From: a virus
DNA: 64,000 nucleotides
Strand: one strand, 5' to 3'
IMG/VR virus record: IMGVR_UViG_3300027706_000007
Span: 30,124-94,123 of that record
Part shown: positions 51,701-61,281 of the stretch, piece by piece
Layout of the letters: the number at the start of each line of letters is the position of its first letter
How positions within the stretch are numbered: position 1 is the first letter of the stretch
Program-made: the position numbers and the translations under genes
The notes under the pieces: model-generated
Database searches by the model: none
The model's input: the letters and a program-made list of their open reading frames with translations, nothing else
What the model was told of the DNA's origin: nothing

Positions 51701-51926
51701 GTTAAAAGAATTATATGAGTCTATGCTGTCTCCTGAAGAGCGAGAACGATTACCACCCATGTTTTCCCATCCTCATGCCTTAATTCCTTTTCTTACAGGT
51801 AATCTTATGCCAGTGCGCCAGAGGAATGATTGGGGTCACATTACCTATACTATTCGAGGAGAAGTATTACGTTTTTTAGAGACAAAAAACAAAAAAATAT
51901 GTATGATAGCTGAATTTGATGGATAA
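48791..51926 (+). other. Further small ORFs including paralogue pairs 48791/49351, 50346/50649 and 51399/51657
   Basis: Clear pairwise similarity, e.g. YESMLSPEER...WG.ITYTIRGE in 51399/51657. AAAATTTAGTAATTCTTATAAA-type promoter occurs three times. Confidence 0.78.
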
Positions 51927-51976
51927 TAATTTTTAGGAAAGATATATAATATAGAGTTACAGCAGGCACGATTACA

Positions 51977-52426
51977 ATGCTATTCGCACTGCTGGTATTG
52001 TTTGGCTATATAAGCCAACAATTCACAACTCTAAGTGAAATATTCACAATTGATTATATGCGAGAGAAAGGATTTAAGAATGGCACATATATTGAACAAA
52101 TAGAAGATGGGAACACTATAAAATATAGATATACGCGTATTTTTCCATTTAAGTTTCTATGGATAGCAGTCGCCGCCGTCCAGCTATATTACGCTTTTAC
52201 TATGCCAGTGTGGTCAGGTATAATGATTATTTATATGATTTTTTTGGTACCTTCGCTTGTCTATGAAATCATTTTACTATTCGCACCATATGAGGAAACG
52301 TTTTCATCTGGCAGTCTATATACAACAGAAGGTATAGAAATAGCAATCATTGCGGCTCTGTTCTTTTATGTATTGGGCTGGTGGCACTTTTCAGGATTCT
52401 TCTCTACGCCATTCTTGCATCTATAA
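51977..52426 (+). CDS. Multi-pass membrane protein
   Basis: Four hydrophobic segments. Confidence 0.7.
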   Translation: MLFALLVLFGYISQQFTTLSEIFTIDYMREKGFKNGTYIEQIEDGNTIKYRYTRIFPFKFLWIAVAAVQLYYAFTMPVWSGIMIIYMIFLVPSLVYEIILLFAPYEETFSSGSLYTTEGIEIAIIAALFFYVLGWWHFSGFFSTPFLHL

Positions 52427-52473
52427 AAACGTAGAAACGCTTATAAATATATTTTTTATTCTATTGCTCCACA

Positions 52474-53451
52474 TTGTATGATTATATTAAAGTTCCACAT
52501 TTCGGTGAACCGCTGTCACGTGGAATAACGGACGGACACGTGTATGTAGAAGAAAAAGTAGATGGGTCGCAGTTTCGTGTTTACATTCCAAGCGAGAATA
52601 AACCCATACAATTCGGCTCTCATCATCAAAACATAACCACGACAGTCCCAAAGATGTTTGAAGTTGCGGTTGAGAGCGCGAAAAAGATATTTTCTCCTGA
52701 TAGATATCAGGGATACACTTTCTATTGCGAATTTTTATCGAGCAAAAAGCATAACACATTAGTCTACAATCGTGTTCCGGAAAACAATTTGATGCTGTTT
52801 GACGCATATGACGAACTTCATTCGCGGTGGGTTTTTCCATCCGAATTACCTACCCTCGCGCATGACTTGGGCATAGAAGCGGTTCCCATTTTAGGTGAAT
52901 ATGATAACATTTCTATGACCGAGTTAACTGAGAAACTTAACGAGTTCGCGAAAAATCGGGTATCAATTCTCGGCGGAGAGATAATTGAAGGGGTTGTCAT
53001 TAAAAATTATTCGAAACTTCACTCTCGTCACGATGAACACGGCCCCGAACCCGGACTTTGTCAGATAGTTTACTGGAATTCTACTAGTGTACCGCCTCAA
53101 ATCCCGTATATGGCAAAATATGTGCGTCCCGATTTTCGTGAGCGAAATAATTTAGAATGGAACCGCAAGCGCAATCCAGACCTCGATATTGCTCTTTCAT
53201 TGGCTACATCTTCACGCTTCACTAAAGTCATCAATCATGCGCGCGAACAGGGACTTCCACTTACGGATACTATGAAAGATGTGTCTATTCTACTTAAAGT
53301 ACTTGAAAAGGATTTCACTACCGAAGATAAACTTTACGTACAAGAAAAATTATGGGACGCATATAATGAAGATGTCTGGAGACAGCTAGTGAAACAATTC
53401 GTCACGTGGTATAAAGAAAAAACCTTCAAACAAAAACTTAATATGCAGTAA
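52474..53451 (+). CDS. ATP-dependent RNA ligase (Rnl2-like)
   Basis: EKVDGSQ (motif I), YCEF (III), LFDA (IIIa), EGVVIK (IV), AKYV (V); no OB domain. Confidence 0.85.
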   Translation: MYDYIKVPHFGEPLSRGITDGHVYVEEKVDGSQFRVYIPSENKPIQFGSHHQNITTTVPKMFEVAVESAKKIFSPDRYQGYTFYCEFLSSKKHNTLVYNRVPENNLMLFDAYDELHSRWVFPSELPTLAHDLGIEAVPILGEYDNISMTELTEKLNEFAKNRVSILGGEIIEGVVIKNYSKLHSRHDEHGPEPGLCQIVYWNSTSVPPQIPYMAKYVRPDFRERNNLEWNRKRNPDLDIALSLATSSRFTKVINHAREQGLPLTDTMKDVSILLKVLEKDFTTEDKLYVQEKLWDAYNEDVWRQLVKQFVTWYKEKTFKQKLNMQ

Positions 53452-53905
53452 TTGTTAGGTCGAAGTTAGCAGTTCCTACGGGTGCCGAAGGAGACGTTAC
53501 CAGCGTTAATACAAAAGATTGACATCCATTTGGTGCCAATGATACTGTGCCAGATTGGGCTAATGTGCTTGTTAGACTTCCTACACTCGAAGGCAATGTA
53601 CTTGATGTACTATTCGCGAAAAATGTTAATGTCGTTCCTCCAGTATTCTCAATTGCTACAGTTACAGAAGAAGTCCCACCCTGAACGACTTGCGGAAAAG
53701 ATATACTCGAAATTGGTGTACCCGAACACGCGCTACCGGAATACAGAACTAAATTTGGCGCTAAAATTATTGTGACTGTAGAAGGATATGTGAAATTTAG
53801 CGGATTTGAATTGGCGCGCAAATAAACAGCTATTCCTACGGATAGAGAAAATATCATATTTATTAGAAGGATTATACCTAAGATTTTTACCGTTTTGTTG
53901 CGCAC
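53438..53905 (-). CDS. Signal-anchored Ig-like surface protein
   Basis: Basic then hydrophobic N-terminus; 'IENTGGTTL' Ig-like strand pattern. Confidence 0.65.
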   Translation of the reverse strand: MRNKTVKILGIILLINMIFSLSVGIAVYLRANSNPLNFTYPSTVTIILAPNLVLYSGSACSGTPISSISFPQVVQGGTSSVTVAIENTGGTTLTFFANSTSSTLPSSVGSLTSTLAQSGTVSLAPNGCQSFVLTLVTSPSAPVGTANFDLTITAY

Positions 53906-53944
53906 GATTAAATTGGTTATTTTTTGCCCTATAAAAAGTTTTGT

Positions 53945-54466
53945 CTAAAGAGTAACCGTAATTGTTACGTAATTGTTTACTGAATCATTAGCTATAATTG
54001 GAAGCAAGCTATCGCCAACAACATTATAATCTAATGGAGTTATATATCCTACTCTATAATGTATATATAACAAATTTGCAGTTGTGTTATAAAACCAACC
54101 TTCTTGATTAAGGTCTACCCACGAGATACAAGCGCCCGTTGTAATATTAACATTTGCACATTTAAAGCCTATAGTGGTTGCATTTAATGAATAAAGAGAT
54201 GCATATTGTGGTATTGCCCCCGTTTCGTTACTATATACAGCAGTAGGTGTCGCATTGGTATATATTATAACCCATCCACTGCTATCTACTGGCCCAGTAA
54301 AAACATATGAAACATTATATGGGACGATTGTTACATGACTCGGTATTGTCAAACTTGTATATGCTGCTATTGCGATTATAGTACCCGTAAATACGATTAC
54401 TATAATACCAAGTAAAAGGTAAAAGTTTCTCTTTTTCAACTTTAAACCTCTCGCAATGCGATACAA
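53945..54466 (-). CDS. Signal-anchored surface protein with many NxS/T sequons
   Basis: KKRNFYLLLGIIVIVF followed by a beta-rich body. Confidence 0.65.
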   Translation of the reverse strand: MYRIARGLKLKKRNFYLLLGIIVIVFTGTIIAIAAYTSLTIPSHVTIVPYNVSYVFTGPVDSSGWVIIYTNATPTAVYSNETGAIPQYASLYSLNATTIGFKCANVNITTGACISWVDLNQEGWFYNTTANLLYIHYRVGYITPLDYNVVGDSLLPIIANDSVNNYVTITVTL

Positions 54467-54828
54467 AGTCGCGTTGAGGTACTTCCTACTTCACGTATGA
54501 AAATTTTCCAGATTTTTAATTGGCTATCTTGTATTTTATCTTGCAGCATTGATAAACTATCAACCATAACTCCTAGATAACCATCAATTTGGATTAACCA
54601 TACGTCTTTAAGATATGATGGTTTAGTTACATATTTATATTCTATATTGCTTTCTTTTAGCGCACGTTGTATTTTACTTCGCTGTTGTGTGTAATTTTCA
54701 TCGTAATAATTTATGCGCACTTTTTTAAAGTTTCCTTCCAAACCTAATTGCATTGCATCACGTTTTATCGTTCTCATATAGTCCGATTCAGTCTTAAGTA
54801 TGTCATTCTCAAACTGTGTCGAGGTCAT
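54442..54828 (-). CDS. Hypothetical protein
   Basis: 128 aa; TATA box upstream. Confidence 0.6.
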   Translation of the reverse strand: MTSTQFENDILKTESDYMRTIKRDAMQLGLEGNFKKVRINYYDENYTQQRSKIQRALKESNIEYKYVTKPSYLKDVWLIQIDGYLGVMVDSLSMLQDKIQDSQLKIWKIFIREVGSTSTRLCIALREV

Positions 54829-54865
54829 ACTTCGATATAGTTATTTTTCTGTATATAAGGGTTTA

Positions 54866-55441
54866 TCAATTTTTTAATATGGTGTTATTTGTGATTTGTT
54901 CCTTTTTTAAATGCTCACATTTCCCATTCAAACATTCAGTTTCGGGTATCCACAAACGCCTATCTTGTGCAATTATTCTTCTTGTGCGCACGAGTTTGTA
55001 TGCAGTATCGATTGGCATATGTTTGCGCGTGTGTAGATACCAAACTACTGCGAGCGGGCTTCGCTCGATTCCCGCGCCACAGTGTACTAAAACTTTTTTA
55101 TCATTTTTTAGATTATAATCAATTGTATTCGCGATTTTATCTAGTTGTTTCATATCTGCGCGCTCTCCGCGCAACAGTCTAATCCATGTCACATTTTTCG
55201 CTGTTTGTGTTGGGTGTTCTAAAACGCAAATTATTTTATCATAAGCATCAACTTTTTTCGCGTCGGAAAAATTTCCTATGAATAGGTTCGGAACGATTTC
55301 TGATGCCGGTATCGCGTTTAGTATATACGCGAAAAGAATGTGGTTAAAGCGAATTGATGCAATGAGTATCTTAGGCGATATCGAAAGCCAGAACCCGTTC
55401 TCGGGGCGAGAATCGTATATCTTATAATGAAATAAGTTCAT
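54866..55441 (-). CDS. Dual-specificity protein phosphatase
   Basis: EIVPNLFIG and VLVHCGAGIERS (CX5R). The true start may be internal. Confidence 0.9.
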   Translation of the reverse strand: MNLFHYKIYDSRPENGFWLSISPKILIASIRFNHILFAYILNAIPASEIVPNLFIGNFSDAKKVDAYDKIICVLEHPTQTAKNVTWIRLLRGERADMKQLDKIANTIDYNLKNDKKVLVHCGAGIERSPLAVVWYLHTRKHMPIDTAYKLVRTRRIIAQDRRLWIPETECLNGKCEHLKKEQITNNTILKN

Positions 55442-55617
55442 AGTTCTTAACTCTCGGGAGGTACATTCGCCATTGATTCAGGAGGTCGGTGTTCATCACA
55501 ATAATAGCGCCCTTTATACATATATTTTGTATCCAATGGTAAATTCTGGAAACAGATAACGCAGTGAGGCATATTTACTTACTTTCAATCTTCTAAATAA
55601 AAAGGTTTCTCAGAAAT

Positions 55618-55824
55618 TTAATGTACTTCGACTCGTTTACCGCAGCAGCATTCGAAGGTTATTATACCCGTGGGCAATTTTTGAATATTTTTCGGTTTTA
55701 AACAGCCGAAACACGGGTGTTTTGGGTCTGTTTCGGAATTTCTTTTGCAAATATAGCATCTTTCGTCTTCTTGAACGTCTTTTAGAGGTAAATCAATCTT
55801 AAGTCCCCGCTTTCTTCTGGGCAT
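55618..55824 (-). CDS. Small Cys-rich protein
   Basis: CYIC, CFGC and CCCG. Confidence 0.6.
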   Translation of the reverse strand: MPRRKRGLKIDLPLKDVQEDERCYICKRNSETDPKHPCFGCLKPKNIQKLPTGIITFECCCGKRVEVH

Positions 55825-55920
55825 ATAAGTGCAGGATTAGAAACATGGTATATAAATTTTGCTGAATTTTGTATAAAATTCACGAAAGATTTATATAGAT
55901 ATCAGATGGTCTTAAATTTA

Positions 55921-56328
55921 ATGAGTTCTGATAATAAAGAGCAAATCAAAATAGAACTGCTTTTATCTAAAGAGTTAGTTAACAGAATTAGTAGATATTC
56001 AGTAAATTGGAATCAGGTATTCACGGATATTCTTACTAGTTATCTAGACTTGAAGGAACGCGCAGAAGTATTCGAAAGAATAATGCCCGCACTTAAACAG
56101 TTCAGTAATCCAAAAGATGAAGCAATAATAATGCCCGCAGGAACGAGCGGAAACATAAAGTTCCGTGAACAGCCCCAATCCGCAGAATCACCCGCCGAGA
56201 ACACGGGGGCCGTTTTGGATGTAAGACAGGGTAATACAGATGTCGCATCTGCCGGGTTACAATATCCAAAAATCCCAGATGAGGTACTAGAAAAATATAG
56301 AAAACCTGCTGAAAAACCTAGGAAATAA
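55921..56328 (+). CDS. Ribbon-helix-helix-like DNA-binding protein
   Basis: IKIELLLSKELVNRI...VNWNQVF resembles archaeal RHH/CcdA-like antitoxin folds. Confidence 0.55.
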   Translation: MSSDNKEQIKIELLLSKELVNRISRYSVNWNQVFTDILTSYLDLKERAEVFERIMPALKQFSNPKDEAIIMPAGTSGNIKFREQPQSAESPAENTGAVLDVRQGNTDVASAGLQYPKIPDEVLEKYRKPAEKPRK

Positions 56329-56656
56329 GATAATATTTAAATATCTTTTATTTAAAGGATAACATTATGCGTACCCCGAAAAAACCAGTTTATTTAAATT
56401 TGAAAGAGTGGGAACTTATACTTACTATTTTGCGTGGGCATCTCAATCCGGCTACCTCATTTGATGACCCATGGAATGCGAATTTGAAACGCATAATTTT
56501 AAGCGCAGAAATGCAACTCTCGCGACAAAAGATAAACAGAGAAATTCTCAAATTATCTCGGTAATAAAAGATTCCAAATGGTAATAAAACTTACCATATA
56601 AAATTTCATTTTGAAGCGAAACTTTTATATTTAAGTTTTGTTTTATCAATTTTAGT

Positions 56657-56980
56657 ATGTCCTCTATGGTTACACCGTTAGCATCGGGGTCTTCAGTTGC
56701 CTATCAGATTGGCGGAACACCCGTGCTTAAGATAGAAGTACCCGCTGCGCCATCGGCAATTACTGTTGGAACGAGTCCATTCACTTATACTAACACTAGC
56801 AATGGTATAGTTATAGTACTGGTTTCTGGTGGTACCGTATCTTCGATTGAGTTTCAGCGAGGTGCATTTACCTCTGGGTCTCTTGGAACTTCGGGAATGT
56901 TCGTTCTTGCAGTTGGTGACTCTCTCATAGTAACATATAGCGCTGCACCCAGCATGGAACTTGTACCGTTGCTGTCTTAA
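56657..56980 (+). CDS. Small beta-rich protein, possibly virion-associated
   Basis: 'ITVGTSPFTYTN...VSGGTVSSI...GDSLIVTYSAAP' resembles fibre C-terminal domains. Confidence 0.6.
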   Translation: MSSMVTPLASGSSVAYQIGGTPVLKIEVPAAPSAITVGTSPFTYTNTSNGIVIVLVSGGTVSSIEFQRGAFTSGSLGTSGMFVLAVGDSLIVTYSAAPSMELVPLLS

Positions 56981-57003
56981 GACTCTCCATATCGCGGATA
57001 AAA

Positions 57004-57321
57004 ATGAACGCAATTCTCCGCGTGAAGACTATTGAGTGGGGTAACGAGAAATATATAAAAGGCGATGGTACTCCAGTTTTCCCTGACATAGATGGAATTG
57101 TTGAATATACAATTGCGCTTCCTGATAGAGAAATATATTTTATTCAACCTTTTAAACGCGGCGCGTCACTCACAGGTAGAATATGGGATTGGGATGGCAA
57201 TAAAAACGAACCCACATTAAGGCCTTCAATTGTGGCAGAGCAACCAAACTTTCGCGCGCACTTTTATCTCACGCGCGGAAAAATTGAATTATTGTCAGAT
57301 TCTACCGTATCGGTAGGTTAG
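57004..57321 (+). CDS. DUF6527-like protein
   Basis: WDWDGNKNEPTLRPSI...HFYLTRGKIELLSDST. Confidence 0.7.
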   Translation: MNAILRVKTIEWGNEKYIKGDGTPVFPDIDGIVEYTIALPDREIYFIQPFKRGASLTGRIWDWDGNKNEPTLRPSIVAEQPNFRAHFYLTRGKIELLSDSTVSVG

Positions 57322-57324
57322 AAT

Positions 57325-57549
57325 TTAGTCTTTTTCCAGTGATTTAAACGTCCATTCTAAATCCATTAAAAATGAGACAGTCATAGACGCGGATATAGAT
57401 ATTAAATCTGCTAATATGGGTGTCCAACTAAATCCATAAAGTAAAACCCAAAATAAAGATATCTGAAATATAATAGATATAATTCCAGTAATCCAATAAA
57501 TCGCGTACATTTTTAATACTTTTCTCGAAAAAAGTTTAGAGACTTTCAA
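57325..57549 (-). CDS. GtrA-like small membrane protein
   Basis: Two transmembrane segments ending in SF...WTF. Confidence 0.55.
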   Translation of the reverse strand: MKVSKLFSRKVLKMYAIYWITGIISIIFQISLFWVLLYGFSWTPILADLISISASMTVSFLMDLEWTFKSLEKD

Positions 57550-57592
57550 ACACTATAAAGAAGAAACCTTTAAATAAAAATCTTTCTGTATT

Positions 57593-57877
57593 TTGTCTCG
57601 AATGACCATCGAAATAGACTTTTTTTATTCCGCGTTAAAATCTGCTGGCGCGTGTGCGAAAATAGATGACAAAAGAAATACAGATTACTTAATTCTTATA
57701 AATCCACTCGGTTTTGCGACTGATTGCATCTCATGGAAACGCGAAGAATTATCTGTAGAAGAAAGAACCGTTTTAGCTCTAAATGAGACTCTATTGCACG
57801 AATTAACACATTGGGGAGATTTCGAGAAAAAGTGTTCGAAAAAGTGGGATGAATATATTCTAGGATTGCTGGACTGA
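57593..57877 (+). CDS. Small HExxH zincin-like protein
   Basis: ETLLHELTHW. Confidence 0.6.
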   Translation: MSRMTIEIDFFYSALKSAGACAKIDDKRNTDYLILINPLGFATDCISWKREELSVEERTVLALNETLLHELTHWGDFEKKCSKKWDEYILGLLD

Positions 57878-58222
57878 TGTAGGTTTTCTCGTAGATTCGA
57901 CGAATAGCGCGTATGCTAAATCTAAATAATTAGAGAGGTCTATAAATGAGTCTTCCACAGCTTCATTTACCGCGACACCGCCCTTTAGTTCTATGTTAAT
58001 TATGCGGTCTATCTTCATTATCGCGTAAAGAAGTGCGAAAGCCAAATCGGGCTTACGTTCCCACAGTTCTGGAATTCGTAAAATTTGGGCTATTGTACCA
58101 TTTCGCTTAAAGTTGCTTAACACGTCATCAGATGTTGCATAATCGCGACTTTTTTGACTGGATACTTTTTGTCGGGCCAGAGTAAACTGTTGAATAAGTT
58201 CACGAAATTCTTCTTGCTGCAT
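57860..58222 (-). CDS. DUF1599 / MazG-like all-alpha nucleotide pyrophosphatase-type protein
   Basis: KSRDY...NF...KIDRI...EDSFIDLSNY. Confidence 0.75.
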   Translation of the reverse strand: MQQEEFRELIQQFTLARQKVSSQKSRDYATSDDVLSNFKRNGTIAQILRIPELWERKPDLAFALLYAIMKIDRIINIELKGGVAVNEAVEDSFIDLSNYLDLAYALFVESTRKPTSVQQS

Positions 58223-58312
58223 GCAGTTAAGAGAAATACAGTGAAAATATAAGCGTTACTTAATTTTCCAGAAGAGCAAACCTTAAATATATAACGCGCT
58301 ATTATTTTTTCG

Positions 58313-58699
58313 ATGCCCGAACCTCAGAGTGTGATTTCAAAAGAGCATATAGTTACTGTATTTATCCAGAATGGTTTGAATCAGGCTGCCTCAGTGCAGG
58401 TTCTCGGAAATATTTCCGGAACAAATACGGGTGCAGTAAATGTCGGAACGGCGATTTCTGCGGCGGCATCGGGGAACGCGTATCAAACATTTGATGCGTT
58501 GCAAACTAGTGGTTGGTTACCATATATATCAGTCGCAGTGACATGTTCTACCGCGCCAACTAGTGGCGCGATTACTGTTACACTTTTATACCCCGATGGT
58601 TACTCACAAACAATAATAGTAAATAATGATTCAATACGCGATACATCCACTCATACAGCGGCAAATGACGCTGCTATTTCGTGGACGCAGTGGCTTTAA
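58313..58699 (+). CDS. Beta-sandwich protein, possibly virion-associated
   Basis: S/T/A/N-rich; late-type TTAAATAT box. Confidence 0.6.
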   Translation: MPEPQSVISKEHIVTVFIQNGLNQAASVQVLGNISGTNTGAVNVGTAISAAASGNAYQTFDALQTSGWLPYISVAVTCSTAPTSGAITVTLLYPDGYSQTIIVNNDSIRDTSTHTAANDAAISWTQWL

Positions 58700-58998
58700 A
58701 GAACTTTAGCAGTTCCAAACTTTCCGATGGAAAGTTCGACATTCCCTCTAAAGTTTCGTGTGTATGCATTCTTAATTTCGAGTTTCGTTCCTACGTCTAT
58801 GTTCAAGTTCGTATCCCAGAGAGCCAGTTTTATGGTTCCGCTTTCATCAGCTATAGTCAGTTCCGAAACTACATGATTTGAACCATCTTTCAGTCTCACA
58901 TTCTTCTTCTCTGCTTTCATCACGACAACTAGAGGTAAGTCTATCTGCTTTGTTCCATCTTTTATATCCTTTATTTTTAGGTTCATTATATCACCCAT
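58696..58998 (-). CDS. ssb: Single OB-fold ssDNA-binding protein
   Basis: ELTIADESGTIKLALWD...IKNAY...ELSIG. Confidence 0.88.
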   Translation of the reverse strand: MGDIMNLKIKDIKDGTKQIDLPLVVVMKAEKKNVRLKDGSNHVVSELTIADESGTIKLALWDTNLNIDVGTKLEIKNAYTRNFRGNVELSIGKFGTAKVL

Positions 58999-59018
58999 AA
59001 TCTATGGTCTATATAAGA

Positions 59019-59348
59019 TTAACTCAAATATTTTTGAGATACATCATCTTTCTCTGGCTCATTTTCTTGTTTCTTTCCTAAAAGTTTTACGTCATTAAAA
59101 GCTATTATTTTTGCATCTTCTATCATCTCAAGAAGAATTTGCACGGTTTTTGCTGGATTTTGCTTACCTTCATCGCTGTTGAGATAATTCCTGATTAGTT
59201 GAGCCTGATATAGCTGTTGAAGATATGTGAGTGCATATGTGGCTATTTCTGTAGCTTCCAAACTTTTGTTAATCGTCTCAACTATTGTCTGTGCCAATTT
59301 AGCTACACGTTCTATCATATGCTTTCTTATTTCGTCTTCAGAACTCAT
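59019..59348 (-). CDS. Hypothetical helical protein
   Basis: 109 aa; TATA box upstream. Confidence 0.65.
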   Translation of the reverse strand: MSSEDEIRKHMIERVAKLAQTIVETINKSLEATEIATYALTYLQQLYQAQLIRNYLNSDEGKQNPAKTVQILLEMIEDAKIIAFNDVKLLGKKQENEPEKDDVSQKYLS

Positions 59349-59434
59349 GCCGATACTCGCAAAAATGCTCGTTATAAATGTTATGCGATTTTTGAATAAA
59401 TTTTAAATACTCACCCGACTTTTAGACACAATTG

Positions 59435-59767
59435 ATGCCCGTTTTTCTTTTTGATTTAGTTCAACACAATTTAACGAGCGCGCGATGGAAAACCGATGAG
59501 TTAAATATGTATTATATGCGAGATTTTATACTTTTGTGCGCTGACACATGGGAACATAAAAATCCAAAAATCCAAGAAACGAAATTAAAATTTAAAAATA
59601 ATAATGATATAATTGAGATAGATATTCCCGACGATTTGTTGAGTAAAATTTTCGATATTCCAAAAGATGGTGGAACTATAGATATGTTCGCGGCTGCCAA
59701 TGAAAATGGACAAGAGTACATCATTTTAGCGCGAACAAATATACCATCCCAAACGGCCCAGAAATAA
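59435..59767 (+). CDS. Hypothetical protein
   Basis: TTTAAATA box upstream. Confidence 0.6.
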   Translation: MPVFLFDLVQHNLTSARWKTDELNMYYMRDFILLCADTWEHKNPKIQETKLKFKNNNDIIEIDIPDDLLSKIFDIPKDGGTIDMFAAANENGQEYIILARTNIPSQTAQK

Positions 59768-59804
59768 GATTTAAATATATCTTCTCCCTTTCCTATTTGC
59801 GCGC

Positions 59805-61265
59805 ATGAACTTTTTCTCACTCTCGACTGAGTATAGCGCGGGTATCGCTCCCGCAATTTCGCAAAAACAATATACCGCGCTGATAGATGCATACAAACGC
59901 ACAGGAAAATTCCCTCCCGTTCTGAGAATTGGTGGGGTTGCAGTTGATGCGAGCGAAAATGGGAATGGCTGGCGTATCAAAAAAGACGATTTAAAGAAAG
60001 TTGCTAAGGCACTTAAAGGCGTTCAGATTCGAAAGAATCACTCGGATAACGTAGACGATATAATTGGGCGCGTAAATCATGCGTGGGCAGAAAATGATAA
60101 AGTATTTTTCGAGGGCGAAATAATCGACCATCCAAATAATCCAATAATTCCAAAAATTTTGCTCGGATATGTGAAATTTAGCTCGATTCAAATCACTACA
60201 GATAAAGTTTACTGCGCATATTGTTTGGATAATGGACTGGTAAAAGAGGAAGAGGAAGCGCGTTTGCATGAAGACGATATTGTATGTCCGCGGTGTGGAC
60301 GTTTCAAAGTTGAAATACGCGACCCAACAGTATTGGAACAAAGTCTTGTTTCAATGCCCGCGTATTCGGAAGCGGTATTTCATCCGCTCGGTTTCAAAGC
60401 CGCGCTAGATAAGGCCGTGCAAGAAAAACTTAAATATATCCCGCAAAATAATAATATTCAATATGAAACTACTCGCGCTAGGAGTTCGGGTAGCGGATTT
60501 TCTTTCTCCGCAAAAAGCGATATGAGTAATTCAAGTACTGCTGCTCCTTCTGGTGTTATATCGGAAGGCGGCAATCTGAGTTACGATAAGGTTATCGCGC
60601 GCATGGAAAGTCTTTCCAACAAGCTGGATTCGGCTATCGAAAAGCTGGCCTCTATAATGGAGACTCAGTATGGGCCGCTTCCAGAAGGTAAGGACTCTCT
60701 AGAGAAGGCGCGGAAAGCTGCGCTAATGGCACGGAGAAAAGCGTTGCGAAATGAAGCTAGACGCGTAAAAGCTGCTTTGAAGAAGCTTGAGGAAGATGAA
60801 GACGAAGATGAGGATGAGGATGAAGATGACGAAGATGAAGTCAAGTCCCGTAAGAAAGAAGTCAGACATGTAATGCATGAAGAAGACGAAGATGAAGACG
60901 AGGACGAAGACGAAGATGAAGACGACGAAGATGAAGCATCTTCCAAGAGGAAGTCAAAGAAAGAAGAAGATGAAGATGAGGACGATGAAGCAGCTAAACG
61001 CAAGCTAGTTGAGGAAGCGAAGCGCAAATTTGAGGAAATCAAGACAAGAATCGCAACTGCTAAGAAGAAGATGGCCGAAACCCAGATGGCTACATTGGCT
61101 CAGGGTAAGGGTAATGTCGGCGAGATTCGGGGCGATGTTCAGAAGTCAGCAACCGATGCTCTCGTTGACAAGTATCTGAATCCTGACAGTCAGCCACCTT
61201 CACCAGTACTTCAGGACTTGCTGAAAGCTTCTGAATATTGGAAGGGTATGAGGTACTTCTCCTAA
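59805..61265 (+). CDS. Prohead protease fused to an acidic coiled-coil scaffold
   Basis: NGNG, NH...IIGRV and EQSLVSMPAY motifs; Asp/Glu runs; immediately upstream of the cement and capsid genes. Confidence 0.85.
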   Translation: MNFFSLSTEYSAGIAPAISQKQYTALIDAYKRTGKFPPVLRIGGVAVDASENGNGWRIKKDDLKKVAKALKGVQIRKNHSDNVDDIIGRVNHAWAENDKVFFEGEIIDHPNNPIIPKILLGYVKFSSIQITTDKVYCAYCLDNGLVKEEEEARLHEDDIVCPRCGRFKVEIRDPTVLEQSLVSMPAYSEAVFHPLGFKAALDKAVQEKLKYIPQNNNIQYETTRARSSGSGFSFSAKSDMSNSSTAAPSGVISEGGNLSYDKVIARMESLSNKLDSAIEKLASIMETQYGPLPEGKDSLEKARKAALMARRKALRNEARRVKAALKKLEEDEDEDEDEDEDDEDEVKSRKKEVRHVMHEEDEDEDEDEDEDEDDEDEASSKRKSKKEEDEDEDDEAAKRKLVEEAKRKFEEIKTRIATAKKKMAETQMATLAQGKGNVGEIRGDVQKSATDALVDKYLNPDSQPPSPVLQDLLKASEYWKGMRYFS

Positions 61266-61281
61266 ACTTAGGTGCTATTAG

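Noticed and set aside
29429-51926. Diversity-generating retroelement as the source of paralogue diversity
   Set aside because: No reverse transcriptase was seen, and paralogue differences are not restricted to adenines.
60665-61042. Poly-Ser ORF on the minus strand
   Set aside because: Antisense shadow of the GAA/GAT/GAC acidic tract.
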